DNA of 64,000 nt from assembly GCA_951406725.2 (NCBI GenBank), contig OX597825.1, positions 78,244,001 to 78,308,000 of the forward strand, given 5' to 3'. Shown piece by piece: positions 15,608-30,991 of the stretch. Source of the DNA: Octopus vulgaris. Lineage: Eukaryota. The first letter of the stretch is position 1. Each line of letters starts with the position of its first letter. Position numbers and translations under genes: made by a program. Under the pieces are notes generated by a model, which was given only the letters and a program-made list of their open reading frames with translations, was not told the DNA's origin and made no database searches.

Positions 15608-16022
15608 GGCGGCGAGCTGGCCAAATTGTTAGCACGCCAGACGAAATGCTTAGCTGTATTTCGTCTGCCACTACACTCTGAGTTCAAATTCTGCCAAGGT
15701 CGACTTTGCCTTTCATCCTTTCGGGGTCGATTAAATAAGTACCAGTTACGCACTGGGGTCGATATAATCGACTTAATCCGTTTGTCTGTCCTTGTTTGTC
15801 CTCTCTGTGTTTAGCCCCTTGTGGGTAGTAAAGAAATAGGTATTTCGTCTGCCACTTAGTTCTGAGTTCAAATTCTGCTGAGGTCGACTTTGCCTTTCAT
15901 CCTTTCTGGGTCGATTAAATAAGTACCAGTTACGCACTGAGGTCAATATAATCGACTCAATCCCTTTGTCTGTCCTTGTTTGTCTCCTCTATATCTAGCC
16001 CCTTGTGGGCAATGAAGAAATA
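15608..16022 (+). mobile_element. tRNA-derived SINE family B (partially dimeric copy); other copies at ~8150-8320(-), 8372-8575, 18880-19093(-), 44512-44905, 50514-50737 and 61826-62520 (three tandem)
   Basis: Repeated core gagttcaaattccgccgaggtcgactttgcctttcatcctttcggggtcgataaa…taccag…ctggggtcgat. Confidence 0.85.
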
Positions 16023-17709
16023 AAACGTGTGTGTGTGTATATAAATGTATTAAGATAATTGAATAGAATTCCCTAAAAAATCCAAAACAAAGACATTTTT
16101 AAAAAAATTTCAGAAAATCAAAAAACAAAACGGTTTTTAATACTTACTGGGTTAGAGAGTTCCTTTCTCCCCGAATGTACTTTGATTTTGTCTTTTACCC
16201 ATTCTTTGCGGAATGGTCTCACTTCATAGTTTGTTAATTGCAGTTTAGTTTTTGTTAACCAAACACTGAAAAGAGAAATACACAGGTATATGCATAGGTG
16301 CAGGGGTGGCTGTGAGGTAAAAAGCTTGCTTCCCAACCATATGGTTTCGGGTTCAGTCCCACATCATGTCACCTTGGACAAGTGTCTTCAACCATAACCT
16401 TGTGAGTGGATTTGGTAGACAGAAACTGAAAGAAGCCTGTCATATATATTTGTGTGTATGTGTGTGTTTGTCCCCCACAAGCGCTTGACAATTGGTATTG
16501 GTGTGTTTATGTCCCTATAACTTAGAAGTTTGGCAAAAGGAACCAACAGAATAAGTACCAGGCTTTAAAAAAATAAATCCTGGGGTCGATTTGTTCGACT
16601 GAAATACGTCAAGGCAATGCCCCAGCATGGCCGCAGTCAAATGACTGAAACAGGTAAAAGGTAAAAGATATATATCATCATCATTATCATTAATTTAGCA
16701 TCCACTTTTCCATGCTGGCATGGGTTGGGTAGAGTACACTGAAGCAGATTTTCTGTGTGGGTGATCACATCTGGACTCACTTATTTGAGTGATGTTGGTC
16801 TAAGCACTTCTCCTGTCAACGACTTACTCCATGGCATTGAAACTTTGTGGAATAAGAGAACCATCCATCCATTTACTCCACCCATTATTCCGAGGAGGGT
16901 TGAGTGGGTAGAGTCCCCAGGGGCCTCCTCCAGAGGACCCTATCACAAGCAACTGCTATTACACTCTCTAGTTGGATTTCTAAGCTTGACTGACACAGAT
17001 TATGGATAATATCCAACCATCTTGTTCTACCCTTGGTACTCTTCCCTCTTGTGACATTTTTTTAGCACCCATGCCAGTGACCCATAAGGGAACCCGTGCT
17101 GGAGACACATAAAAGGCACCCACTACACTCTTGGAGTGGTTGGCATTAGGAAGGGCATCCAGTGGTAGAAAGCAGACCAAGATCAGACTGGAACTCAGTT
17201 CGGCTCTCTGGCTTACCAGTTCCAGTTAAACCATTTAACCCAAGGCAACAGGGAATGAGGACACTAAATGATGATGTCTGTAGTACTGGAGGTGAGACCT
17301 CTCAATGCAGAGGAGGAGCTTGACTTGGGGAGATCCCTTATGTGACAAACAGGTAAGGGTTGGTGACAGGGAAGGCAATCCAACAGTAGAACAATGCCTC
17401 AGTAAAATATTTGTCAAACCCATGCTGGCATGGAAAAATAGAAGTAGAAAAGAATGGATGTAAAAGTAAATGAACGAATTTGAAGCTAAAAGGAATGTTT
17501 TTTGAAGTAATCACAGAATAAATGGATCATAATCCAACAAGAAAAATTATGTTCGTGGTGGTGCAACATGCTAGAAATAGCAGTTCAGTTTTTCTCAAAT
17601 TACATCTTGCGAGGTTGAAAAAAGAAAAGGGAAAATGTTCAGCTGGGATTTTTTAAAAACTGAGAAAAAATATAGGATGGTGTCATACACATACATACAC
17701 ACACACGCA

Positions 17710-17758
<49 letters not shown>

Positions 17759-18731
17759 CATATTTATCTGATAAAGGATTTGCTCCGAGATCATGTGTTG
17801 AAGCTAAAGCAATTTCAGAATAGAAGACACACACACTGGCCCTTCAAAAACACACAGAGCAGTTAACTTCATTTAATAGTTTACTATTTGGAGTCAAAAT
17901 TTTACTACCAACCACGACAAAGTCACCGGGTGTGCGCGTGCGATCAGCGATGCCAAAGTCTAGGAAGTTTCTATGTATTGCAACCATCATACGATGTTAG
18001 GTTACCTCCCTTGTAGCATTGCAAGGGACGTAACTCTAAACAAAAGACCACTTCTTGAGCGCCTAGTGACACACACACAGGGCGCAGGCGTGGCTAAATT
18101 ACATGGCTTAGAAGCTTGCTGCCTAACCGTATGTTTCCGAGTTCAGTCCCAGAGCGCGGCACCTTGGGCAAGTGATTTCTACTACAGCCCCGGGCCGATC
18201 AAAGCTTTCTGAGCAGATATGGTAGACTGAAACTGAAAGAAGCCCGTCGTCTAGATATACGTGTGCGTCTGTGTTTGCCCCAACCCCACTACTGCGTGAC
18301 AACCGGTATTAGTTTGTTTACATCCCCATAACTTAGAGGTTAGGTAAAAGACACCGACAGGTCAAGTACCAGGCTTATATAAATGTACTGGGGTTGATTT
18401 GTTAGATGAAAACCCATCAAAGCAGTGCCCTGACGTGGCCATGGTCCAATGGCTGAAACAATTAAGACACAAAAGATGAAAAATTACAAACACCACGATT
18501 TTCTTTTCCTTCCCTGAATAATACTAAACCCCTGAACCTTTTCCCGTCTAAGGGACATTGTAGTTGTTTAATCCCTGATGGAGATGATACTGATATAACG
18601 TGCAGTGTTCTGGGTTCAGTCCCACTGCGTGGCACCTTGGGCAAGTGTCTTCTACTATAGCCTCAGGCCGACCAAAGCCTTGTGAGTGGATTTGGTAGAC
18701 GGAAATTGAAAGAAGCCCGTTACATATATGT

Positions 18732-18780
<49 letters not shown>

Positions 18781-20844
18781 TGTGTGTGTGTGTGTGTGTA
18801 TGTGTGTGTATATGTTTGTGTGTTCCTTTTTTTCCCCCCCAACATCGTTTGACAGAAAGATTTAACTACTATTTCTTATTTCTTTACTGCCCACAACAGG
18901 CTAAACAAGGACAGACAAACGGATTAAATCGATTATATCGACCCCAGTGCATAACTTGTACTTATTTAATCGACCCCGAAAGGATGAAAGGCAAAGTCGA
19001 CCTCGGCAGAATTTGAACTCAGAACGTAACAGCAGACAAAATACCGCTAAGCATTTCACCTGGTGTGCTAATGTTTCTGTCAGATTGCCGCCTTAAACTA
19101 CTATTTCTGTTAAATGCAACACTTACTTATTAACACTATTCTCAATTAATCATGCGTGCTCTCACAGCTTTAAGATTTCAAAGAAGTGATTGTTTAGTTT
19201 TTAGAATGACATTGCAAGGTAGGTGTGAGAGGCCAGACCTGGCCAGTCTTAAAAAAAACTGATAGAATATCTGAGCCAGATATGTCTAATTTAAATGTTT
19301 ATTGGTTTATGGTGGTGCCCCAGCATGGTTACAGCCTTTGGGGTGGAACCTGGCATGGGTTAGACAGTTTGACAGAAGCTGGCCAGCCAGAGGCTTGCAC
19401 CAAGCTCCAATTGTCTGTTTTTGGCATGGTTTCTACAGCTGGATGCCCTTCTTAACATCAGCTATTTTACAGAGTGTACTGGGTACCTTTTACATGGTGC
19501 CAGTGTGGATGCCTTTTTATGTGGCACAAACCTTAAAAGAATAAAGGAAGTGAGGTAAGAGGTTATAAGGAGAGTTTATGGAAAAAAAACAAAAGACGAA
19601 GACAGATGGTGTACAAAACAAACAGATGTATTAGTATAACACTCAGGAATAGAAAGTCTTTTACGTTTCGAGCCTACGCTCTTCTACAGAAAGGGACACA
19701 GAAAAAAACAAGGAGGTTATACTTACACTACGTGATCAACACTATGTTCAGAAACAATAAGGTGAAACATAACATTGTGTTTGGTGTTGGAGTAAATACT
19801 GTTCATAGTAGCAATCATCCCGCCTATTGTGTTCTCATCAGATGCCAATATCACATGAACAGCATTAGTTAAGTTGGGGGACAATTTTATTTTAGAGCTC
19901 TTGAGACCTATAAAATAAATGAAAATTGCAACGTATGAACAAAGAATGAAAAGGGTTTGCTTTTAAAGTTTGGTCTTTAAGTCTTCGGATACAAACCTGC
20001 TTGATCTTAAAAGAGAAGGGACAAATTGTGTCAGAAACTACGATGAGATGGTCATGGCAGGAAGGCCTTTGATCATAAGTCTGTCCAATCTCATGGCTGA
20101 GCTTAGACTCAGTAACAACTTTTACAGATGATTTGCCTTCAGTCAGTTTTAGAAAGATGGAAGACACTCAAAGACAAAGGAAGGCTTTCTCTCTTTTGCC
20201 CTTTCTCTCTCTCTCTCTTTCTCTTTCTGTAACAAACACACCTGCATTCATAAGTACATACTACACACACACACACACAAGCCACCCAAAGGAGCCTTTA
20301 CACAGATTCACACAACCATCAAAAATAACAAAGAGCAGCTATGTTGCCCTCGAATCACCACCACCATCACACAGACAAAATGTCACAGACACTCCCCTTT
20401 AATAAACATAAATATATATATTGTTACACCAGAAGACATTTATAAAGAGAATCCAGTTTACCTTTCTGGCTGATCCAAGGCCATCTTTTAGTACCTTTTA
20501 TTGCTGGGAACCACAGGTACAGCAGAGTCAGCAACCACACCAAAAAGATACCAAAGCCAACTGTACAAAAATAAATAAATAAATAAATAGGTACCGTTAT
20601 TATTATTGTTTCAAATTTTGGCACAAGGCCAGCAAGTTTGGAGGAGGGGGTAAGTTAATTACATCGACCCCTGAGTCTTCTATTGCTACTTATTATATTG
20701 ACCCTGAAAGGATAAAAGGCAAAGTCGACCTCGGTAGAATTTGAACCCAGAACGTAACGACAGACAAAATGCTGCTAAGCATTCTGCCCAGCATGCTAAT
20801 GATTCTGCCAGCTCACCACCTCGTTTTTTAATAATAATAATAAG

Positions 20845-21590
20845 TGCTATCATGTACATTGTTTTGTCTTGGTATAAAAGATGGGCTACAGCAAATATTC
20901 TGCTCAATACCACAGATTTGCTTGTCAGTTGTTTGACCGTAACCAGTTGGGCATGTCCTTGAGTGGCAGATGATATGTGCATCTCTGATCATGAGCAGAA
21001 GTAGGTGGGGAGTATCATAGTCGTGTGTTGAGAGGGATTCTTTGGGGTTTGGATAATTCACCTTTGAAAACATGGGTGGTTCATTCAACATCCTTAAACA
21101 ATCCTTATTCAGGGACCTTTTGAGTGAGATGGGCTACTCGACCAGAAGAAAATTCTTACTGGGCCCCACCTGCAAGGTCATACGCTGTTTAGTTTGATCA
21201 TGTCTCTTAGTGGCTGATGATATGTGCATCTCTGATCACGAGCAGAAGTAGTTGGGGAACATCATAGCCATGTGTTGAAAGGAATTCTTAGAGGTTTGGA
21301 TAATTCACCTCTGGAAACATGGGTGTTTCATTCAACATCCTTAAACAATCCTTATTCAGGGACCTTTTGAGCAGGATGGGCTACTCGACCAGAAGAAAAT
21401 TCTAACTGGGCTCCACCTGCAAGACCATGCGTTGTTTATCTTGATATGAGATCACCATGTCGCGCACATATGGTTGTGATGCATGTGCCTGGTGTACCCT
21501 TATCAGACGGGTAGTCATGATGGGTATACTGGGCTTCGTATATTTTACCCCAGTGTCACTTTGATGGCATGCACTGCTCTCTCACTCAAT
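20845..21590. repeat. Element with a ~240-bp internal tandem direct repeat, flanked by (TAA)n
   Basis: ~20955-21190 repeated at ~21200-21440 (gatgatatgtgcatctctgatc…ggataattcacct…gggctactcgaccagaagaaaattc). Confidence 0.8.
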
Positions 21591-23179
21591 AATAATAATA
21601 ATAATGTTTTCTACTATAGGCAGAAAACCTGAAATTTAGGGGAGGAATGCTAGGTGATTACAGTAACTTCTCGGTTAAGTACGCCCCTGTTTAAGTACCC
21701 ACCCCAGATAAGTACGCACAAAAGTCTCCAAGAATCCCAGTTTCAAGTTTATCAAAGATTTATTCTACGGTAACATTAACGAACATCTAAATAGGTAATA
21801 AATGGCTCATCCAAACGCTTTCCCTTACCTTTGCTTGAGATCATGGAGAAAACTGACAGGAAAGAACACAAATATGATCCAAAACCAGGTGCATACAAGA
21901 GCATTGCAGTGAACGGCTGCATACGTATATTTGCATAACTTATTTGCTACCACTGTTGCTAAGTACGCACAAGCGGTTGGGTTCAAGTCGCATACTTAAG
22001 AGGGAGATTGCTGTACATCAGCCCCAGTGCTCAACCGGCACTTACTTCTTCAGGATTTCTTTCTACTGTAGACACGAGGCTCGTTAGACATAACTCCACA
22101 AGTCAGCATAACTCAGACACTGCACGATGTATGCAGAATGGTTTTGTCGCTCTGTGCACATCTTGGAAAGGCCTGCTTGACAGTGCTTCCATGCCTGTAG
22201 AGAGTATCTCCAAGTGGCAGTGCTCCTCAGTAACACTGCCAGGCCAAAAATTTCTGGAAGTTATCTATGGTAGGACCGGGTCCAAAAGTTGTCTGAAATA
22301 GACCAGCGAGTTCATTCTCACCAATGCCAAGAGTTTACGGGACAATATCATCACTCTTACCCACCAGTAGGTTTCCATACAGTGCTACCATAGAACTTGT
22401 GCCAACCATATGACCAGATTAGTAGAGAGTAGTGAGCACCTAATGACATTCTTGATGTCAAGCCCCTAATAATAATAATAAGGGCATTCAGAGAGTGCAA
22501 ACCTCTGCTAAGGCAGTACCAACATCCTCTCAATGATTAGCCAGAGATGATTTTTAAAATGAGAAAATCTGAAATAAACTCAACTGCTCTCACAAGAATA
22601 TTAAAAATGAACCCGACCTCTCTTGAAAACTAAGTGAAAAAACAGAAAAATAATCCAGAATCCTTGCCCGGTGCCAGATTGATCCCAAAATCTAATCAGT
22701 TTGTGCCAGTCACAAAGCCAAACATCCTTGAAAGTTTCATCTGAATTTATCCAGTGGTTCTTGAGATATCTTATCCACAGACAAACAAACATGACTGAAA
22801 ACAATACCTCCACCTTCGCTAAGGCAGAGGTAATAATAATAATAATTGCTTCTAACATAGGCACAAGGCCAGCAATTTTGGAGGAGGGTGTAGCTAATGC
22901 TAGACTGGTGCTTTAGTTTATCAACCCTGAAAGGAAAGGAAAAGATGGCCTGGGCAAGATTACATGACTGGTAACTGAACAACTTGAGTTGGATCAGATC
23001 ACATGGATTGACTCACACCTTTAAACTACTAAGTGCAGGTAGGAAGAAAAGTCCTGAAGCATCAAGGGTTGGTTTTCATTAGCACTTGAGGATGAGCCAC
23101 TCTTCCTCATGATCTTCAGATATGAAGAAACTGCCATCATCATTATCATGCCACTGATGTTGTTCCTACTCCTGGATAT

Positions 23180-23600
23180 GGCCTTGTTATGGCAAGGAGG
23201 CTTGTGTTCTGCAGATCTGAGAGAGCATTAGCATTGGGAGCTTTGCTCCTGGTAAGGCCACCCTAGGCAGGCTAGTCTCCTGGGGAGATTCCAGACTAAC
23301 ACTGACCTGCAGCACATTGGCTCAGAACCTATATGGCAGCCCCCATCATCCGACTGTTCTGCAAAGGACCAGCAACCTGCCCAGAACTTCAACTTGTTAA
23401 AACACCAACATGAAGAAACTAGAGTATTCAATATTAAAATGGGACCATGCATGACCCCAGACTAACAAGAATGCAAAGGGGCTGGCATGGAACAGCCAAC
23501 AATCACTGGTGGACCTGGATGGCTCTACGCATGATGGTGCTTCTGGGACCACTAACCTAGGATGGCTCCCATCAAGCAAAAGCATGAGTGAGCAACTGAT
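23180..23600 (+). mobile_element. Probable RTE-clade LINE 5' UTR remnant
   Basis: ccttgttatggcaaggaggcttg…gggagctttgctcctggtaaggccaccc…ccagactaa resembles RTE/Expander 5' ends from recall; no ORF. Confidence 0.5.
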
Positions 23601-26407
23601 GTTATTCAAAAGGAACGGCTGCTATTTTGGGGCTGATAAAACTGTTACAGCATAAAAATCCAGAAGAGATGCCTCAAAGTATCCTAGTGGATTACATCAA
23701 ACCCCCAGTTCTCAATTTATTATTTATTATTTATGCGCCCTTTTCAAGCCTAGCCAGGCTAATGGGCCCAGTTTCCCGGTTTCTATGGCATATGTGTTCC
23801 CCCAGCTGGATGGGACGTCAGTCCATCGCAGCGTTACTCAAGAAACAGGAAGAAAGCGTGTGAGTACAACAGGGGTCACCACCACCACCTGCCGGAGCCT
23901 CATGGGGCTTTAGGTGTTTTCGATCAATAAACACACACAACGCCCGGTCTGGGAATCGAAACCGCGATCCTCCAACCACGAGTCCACTGCCCTAACCACT
24001 GGGCCATTGTGCCTCCGCCAGTTCTCAATTGGTATTTATTTTATCCACCCTCAAAGGATGAAAGACTAAGTCGACCTGGGCAGCACTTGAACTCGCTAAA
24101 CACATAATAGCATCAACTTTAACCACTCCCGTAAAGACATTTTTAGGGTCCTAGAAAGACAAAGATGAGGTTCAGAAAATATCGATTCGCTCATTGTTTT
24201 TTTTTTTAACATTCATTTTCAGACATGATTGTATTTTGCTTTGCCCCTCCCTTTTAATGTAAAGAAAAACTTAGTATACAGCTGGTGAGGCTTTAATTAT
24301 AAGCCTGCTTAGTAATCAATAATAATAATGAGCCAATGTGGGAACCAACCGCTGTGTGTGTGGTCGCTTGACTTGCTAAAAATAGCAGCCATATCTAACC
24401 TCAATGTCACTCTACCATATTAGGAAATAACATACTGGATAATGTAGTCAAAGGGGGTTGGGAAAAGGATGCGATGGTCACGACCGGATCGCATTTGATC
24501 ATGAAAACTGACGAGGTTAAACAACGATGGCACAAAACAAAAGACCGCTTTAAAAGAGAGGAATAATGAGAATATGCAGAGTTCGTTAATTACTTAGTGA
24601 CGTCACAGCAAGGGGTGGGAGCGGAGGAGGAGGAAACATCAAAGGAAAATTTCCGTCATGGCTTTTTATTTTCTTTATGTTATTGCAATTATTTCCTGCC
24701 GTCTTCAGAGACGGCGACAAGGAGAGAGAGAGAGAGAGAGAGAGAGAGTTAAAAGAAATTCTGGCAAGTGTGAAGAATTACGCCGTAAATTCGAAGAAAT
24801 GAGGAATCTATAAAAATATAAACAGTTTATTTGAAATACCGAAACGAAAATGAAATATTGTTTATTATTGGTACGAGAGAAATTAATCACAAAAAAGTGG
24901 TACGACTTGAGAGGAGTGCGCGCACTCGTGTACTCGCGCATCCGCGCTAGCTAGTCGTGACTAGTCGATCCTACAACGACTACCTAGCAAGGTAAATAAA
25001 ACACAAAATAAATAATTTTTTAAAAACAAAGTAAATAATTTTTCTAAATAAAATAAATATATACAAAAACACAAAGGATCGACTAGTCACGACTAGCTGG
25101 CGTGACTACGCGAGTGCGCGCACCGGGACCACCCTTCTTAAGTAGTACCTCAAAAAGTCATATCAAATCTAAGATGCAATGGTGCATAAGAGAGGAATCA
25201 ACAGAAATTATGGACTTTGTACGATGTTAACAATCATTGCAACTAACACTTCTATAATAAATATTATTTTGTTTCCGTTGTTGTGGTGTATAAAAAAAAA
25301 GTACTGGGAGATAGGATGGTGGGGAGACACATCACTGTCCTTTATTTATTCCAAATTACGCCGTGTAATTTCTGCACATTTACCGAAATATTCGGGACAC
25401 GGCGATGGAAGACTAAACTTAGACAAAACACAGCGAGAAAAATTTGGTGAGAGAGAGAAATAAAACGAGAGAGAAGATTTTCTAGAATTAGGATGGTTTT
25501 TGTATGGTACTTCTAATAGGTGTGTCACGGAAAGAAGCTGAGTCAACAAAATAGTGGTGGGAATTCCAAATGAAGGACTTTCCAAGTGCAAAGATTTCTG
25601 ACAAATGGTCCTTATTTAAAACTAAATGGGAAATTGCTTGGCTAAGCACATGGACTCAGTTTCTAGAAACAGCACCTTGGTCAAATATAATGCTTAATTT
25701 GCCCATATTGTTGTGGATTCAACATGCATTATCTCTTAATTTTAAGGTGGTGAACTGGTAGAAAGAATCGTTAGCAGACCGGAGAATATGCCTAGCGGCA
25801 TTTCGTCCGTCTTATGTCCTGAGTTCAAATTCCGCTGGGGTCAAATTTGCCTTTTATCCTTTTAGGATCGGTAAATTAAGTACCAGTTGAGCAGTATGGT
25901 CGACATAATTGACTAACAATCTCCAAAAGAACTTCAGACTTTGTGCTTAGAGTAGAAGGGATTATCTCGTAGCGTTGAGATTTCGATGATGTGATTGTTT
26001 ATTTTTATAATGAGTTTCAGGGTAGGTGTTAGAGGTTTAGATGTGGTCAGTTTGAATATAAAACAGATAGAATATATGGGACGGACATGGTCGGTTTCAA
26101 TGCTGAAGAGTAGGGGAAAAGTTTAACATAAGTTTTTTGTGTTTATCTATGGGAGTAGTGAAAGAAATTTGTATGTTCTGGCGGCAGAAAAGTAACAAGT
26201 CCGGACATATAAACATTATTAAAGTTGTCTGTATGCTATGTCTAGGAATACGTGTGAAAGGAGAGAGATAAACGTGAGAACTGTGACGGAATGTGCTGAT
26301 TATAGTAAACAAAGATGAGAGAGAGAAGTAAAAATGAGAGGAGTGATGGAGGAAGAACGAAAGTACAAGGAACAAAGAGAAATGTAAGGTGTTACATACA
26401 TATATAT

Positions 26408-26608
26408 CAGTGCTTTTAAAAGTTTTTGCTGAAGCGGAACCCCAAGGAAACGTTCCACTGGCTCGAGGAACCCCTATGCAATAATTTAATTGTCTTATGC
26501 ACACATATCTGCACAGGAGAATTTAAAATGACTGTCGATTTTAGCATTTTTGTAACTTCTTGCGGAACCCCTGGACTGTACTGGCGGAACCCTGGTTGAA
26601 AACCACTG
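26408..26608. mobile_element. Second copy of the same hAT-type MITE
   Basis: Same internal sequence (ggaaccccaaggaaac…tgcacaggagaatt) and CAGTG/CACTG termini; flanked by (AT)n. Confidence 0.85.
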
Positions 26609-26647
<39 letters not shown>

Positions 26648-26807
26648 AAAGGAAAAGGTGTTCAGAATGGTGGATGGTTGTAAAAAATATATATTTATTT
26701 ACATATCACTAAATAAATATATATTTTTACAACTATCCAGCATTCTGAACACCTTTTTCTTTTCATATGTATTAAATCTGTACATCACCCCCAATACTTC
26801 TAACACA

Positions 26808-26896
<89 letters not shown>

Positions 26897-27614
26897 TTTA
26901 ATGAAATTGGCATTCAACACATTTGGTGCAAGTTGGAAACATAATTTAATAACAGTTTGACTCAGCTCCATAAAAAGTTACGTGGGTTCGCGGAACGGAC
27001 CTATTTGACAGGCATCAAAATAAATAAAGGGAACAGCTGACAAAAAAAGAATAATAAAAGCGAAACGCCTTATTTTCTTTTTAAAAAACTGATTTGTTTA
27101 TCAACTCACCTCTTCTGACGGTCAAAACACCCATTTTCTGACAGTTTATGACTAGAAAAAACAACCTATAGAGTCAGTGTATTGTTTACTGGGCTCATGT
27201 CAACAACACGAAGAGCATGAGACGAACACGTAGGCACATGTCAGCAAAAAGGGAGGAAGAAGAAATAATAATAATAATGAGATTTAAATAAAACAAAATT
27301 TGGAGAACATCAACAACAAAAAACGTGTCACTGGATCCGGAAACGGTGTAAGCAATAAACGTGTTCCGTCTGTGTATAATGACTCAGCTTGGCGAACATT
27401 CGGTATGAGTACCGTTTTGTACTCTTTTACCCTCTTTTACTTGTTTCAGTCATTTGACTGCGGCCATGCTGGAGCATCGCCTTTAGTCGAGTAAATCGAC
27501 CCCAGGACTTATTCTTTGTAAGCCTAGTACTTATTCTATCGGTCTCTTTTGCCGAACTGCTAAGTTATGGGGACGTAAACATACCAGCATCGGTTGTCAA
27601 GCGATGTTGCGGAA

Positions 27615-27658
<44 letters not shown>

Positions 27659-28225
27659 AATATATATGTACACATACATATATTCGACGGACTTCTTTTC
27701 AGTCTCTGTCTACCAAATCCACTCACAAGGCTTTGGTCGGCCCGAGGCTATAGTAGAAGGCACTTGCCCAAGGTGCCACGCAGTGGGAATGAACTCGGAA
27801 CCATGTGGTTGGTAAGCAAGCTACTTACCACACAGCCATTTGTAGTGAGTGATTGACAGAGAAAGAGAGAGAGAGGGGTTATGGATGGATTGATGGATGG
27901 ATATATTTATAAATATAAATTTGACATGGGCGATTCTTTCTTGTCTTGAGGCTGGGTGGAATTGCGTGAAAATTACACAGATGTGTAGAATGATCCGGTG
28001 GCGATGCTGGGCTTTGTATTTTTTCATAGTTCCCATGGTTACCGAGATAATCTACTATAATAATACTCTTTTTTTTTGGCGGGGGGTCAGTTATTTTTAG
28101 CGTTTTGACAGAAAAAGTCATTGTTTTTTTACGTAAGCGTGCCCAAACAAATCGAATGCTTACACAGAACAAGTTTTACACCCACATCATCCAAAACGAC
28201 CATTTGAAACCGGGATTAGCTGCTA

Positions 28226-28305
<80 letters not shown>

Positions 28306-29562
28306 AGAGAGAGAGAGAGATGTATATAAACGTGGATGTATGTGTGTATATATATATATGTGTGTGTAATGGCAAAGATATGTGTTGGTGTAGTTACCAG
28401 TTGTAACGGTAGAAATTGATTAGGTAAGCTATATTATGAAATGTCGGTGGAGGCAGTGGTAACAATAATAATTTGTGGTTAGGATGTGAAAGATGAACAA
28501 TGCATGATGTTTTAAGAAATTATTTATTTAGCATCACGTAACAAATACCTTGCCTCAACGGGAAGGTTTTGATACATCCAAAAGCATGTGAAGTAGAGTT
28601 TGAGTTTGTGTCCTCTTCATTGTTTAGTAGTAAATACAGAGAGAGAGAATGATGTTGTAAGAGAACAGAATTGGAGCTAGTGAGAGTGAGAGAGTGTGGG
28701 ATGTCTTTCTTTTCCCTCTGGCCGTGTTGTCTGCCTGCTTCCATAATTCTAGTGGTCAGTTCACCAACTGATGTTAGCTCTCTCTCAACTCACGAGTTTG
28801 TCACCAAGGTGACTAACTCCATTGAGTCGTCACGACTATAACGAACTTGGTTGAGCCTTCACGACTGTGATGAACTGATTTTTGCTTGGGATGTGCTTGC
28901 TTATATAACCATCCAGAAGGATAGATATATCACTGAGAACAATAGATTTAGTTGGTAGTCTTGTTATCTCTATTCTAGCTTTTGGTGAAATAGGAGAGAT
29001 TAGAAAAGGTCAAGTGGTGAAGACATTATTTCAGCCTAGCTAAAGGCATCTGGAAAATGTAAAACTGCTGTCAGAGAAAAACCATTGTTCCACCGTGGGA
29101 AAAGTTCTGTTGCAACGTTAATTTAAATTTGGCTGTGGTGGATTGAATCCACTTCATGCATGCAAGATTCACTACATATGTATATATATATATACATACA
29201 CACATCTATGTACACATTATATATACATTGATATTTATCTATCTATATATATAAAGATGAGAATGTGTGTATGTCTGCCTGTCTCTCTGTGTGAATCCCT
29301 AAAACTTGAAAACTACAGAACTAATTTCATTCAAATTTTACACATGCCTTACTTAGGGTCCATGTAGTGTCATAAGCCAAAAAAAATTTAACTTCTTGCC
29401 TAGTGCAAGCCCACACCAATATCATATCTTCTCCACTGTTTCAGTATTACGTGTCAAAAGTGAAACTTTGTATTGTAATGTCATATACTTTCACTTTAAT
29501 ACTGAAACTATGATCTCACATATATACAGGCATACATATATATATGTATATATTATGTATGC

Positions 29563-29600
<38 letters not shown>

Positions 29601-29610
29601 TGTATGTATG

Positions 29611-29653
<43 letters not shown>

Positions 29654-29696
29654 ACATCTGCACAAATGTATATATATACATGTATATATATACATG

Positions 29697-29739
<43 letters not shown>

Positions 29740-30190
29740 GTATACATACATACATATATACATATACATGTATAGATGTATTTCTATAGATATAGATGTA
29801 TATGTATACATGTATGTGCAGATGTATAAATATTTATAGATGTACATGTAATATGTACACATACACACACACACACAGGTGCAGGTGTGGCTGTGTCGTA
29901 AAAAACTTGGTTCCAAAACACATGGTCCTAGGTTCAGTCCCACTGTGTGGAGGGGCAAGATGTGTAAGCCAAGCTAATGTAAATTTGCTAATTCTATTCT
30001 CCAGGATCACCTTTGAAAACAGACCCATACACATCAATGTCCATTCCTATGTCAGAATGGGGAAAAAAAAATTAAATATCTAGGTTAATAAAAAGATCAT
30101 GGGAAAAATTGAACATGATATGAAATTAACGAAACTCGACTAAATAATAAAGACTCAACATAAAATATTCTTAATAGTTTTTCCATTATA

Positions 30191-30597
30191 GGCGCAGGAG
30201 TGGCTGTGTGGTAAGTAGCTTGCTAACCAACCACATGGTTCCGGGTTCAGTCCCACTGCGTGGCATCTTGGGCAAGTGTCTTCTGCTATAGCCCCGGGCC
30301 GACCAATGCCTTGTGAGTGGATTTGGTAGACGGAAACTGAAAGAAGCCTGTCGTATATATGTATATATATATGTATGTGTGTGTATGTTTGTATGTCTGT
30401 GCTTGTCCCCCTAGCATTGCTTGACAACCAATGCTGGTGTGTTTACGTCCCCGTCACTTAGCGGTTCGGCAAAAGTGACCGATAGAATAAGTACTGGGCT
30501 TACAAAGAATAAGTCCCGGGGTCGATTTGCTCGACTAAAGGCGGTGCTCCATTATGGCCACAGTCAAATGACTGAAACAAGTGAAAGAGAGTAAGAG
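30191..30597 (+). mobile_element. tRNA-derived SINE family A, representative full copy; other copies at ~16295-16670, 18080-18460, 27420-27838(-), 35116-35481, 46435-46815, 58703-59080 and 59167-59570
   Basis: A/B-box head (tggctgtgtgg…gggttcagtcc), shared body gccttgtgagtggatttggtagacggaaactgaaagaagcc, and tail …agtcaaatgactgaaacaagtaaaaga, repeated many times. Confidence 0.85.
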
Positions 30598-30991
30598 TAT
30601 CTGCCGGAGTGTCTTCTTCGTGATATTCTTACACACCAGGCAGTTAAAGGGAAGTAATTATTGAAATTAGACAACTCATTTTCCATGTTTCTTTTAGACA
30701 TTATTTTTTTGAAACGTGAAAATTATTAAATTAGACATTAGTGTGGAAAACAATTGAGTCGGAGTCCAACAGAGGAAAAAAATGTTTTTAAACACTAAAA
30801 ACTATCCAGACATTTTATTAGCAACCTCAATTACAATGGGGTCAAAGTTGAGGAAAAATTTCTTGGAAAAAAAAAATAAATGCCTGTCACCAGACTATGT
30901 TCCTGACGCTTCCAACTTGTACAGCAACTACGCTGACCAATTTTTACTCCTAAAGATCAAGCAGTAGCAAAAAAAATGAAGGATGCAATAG

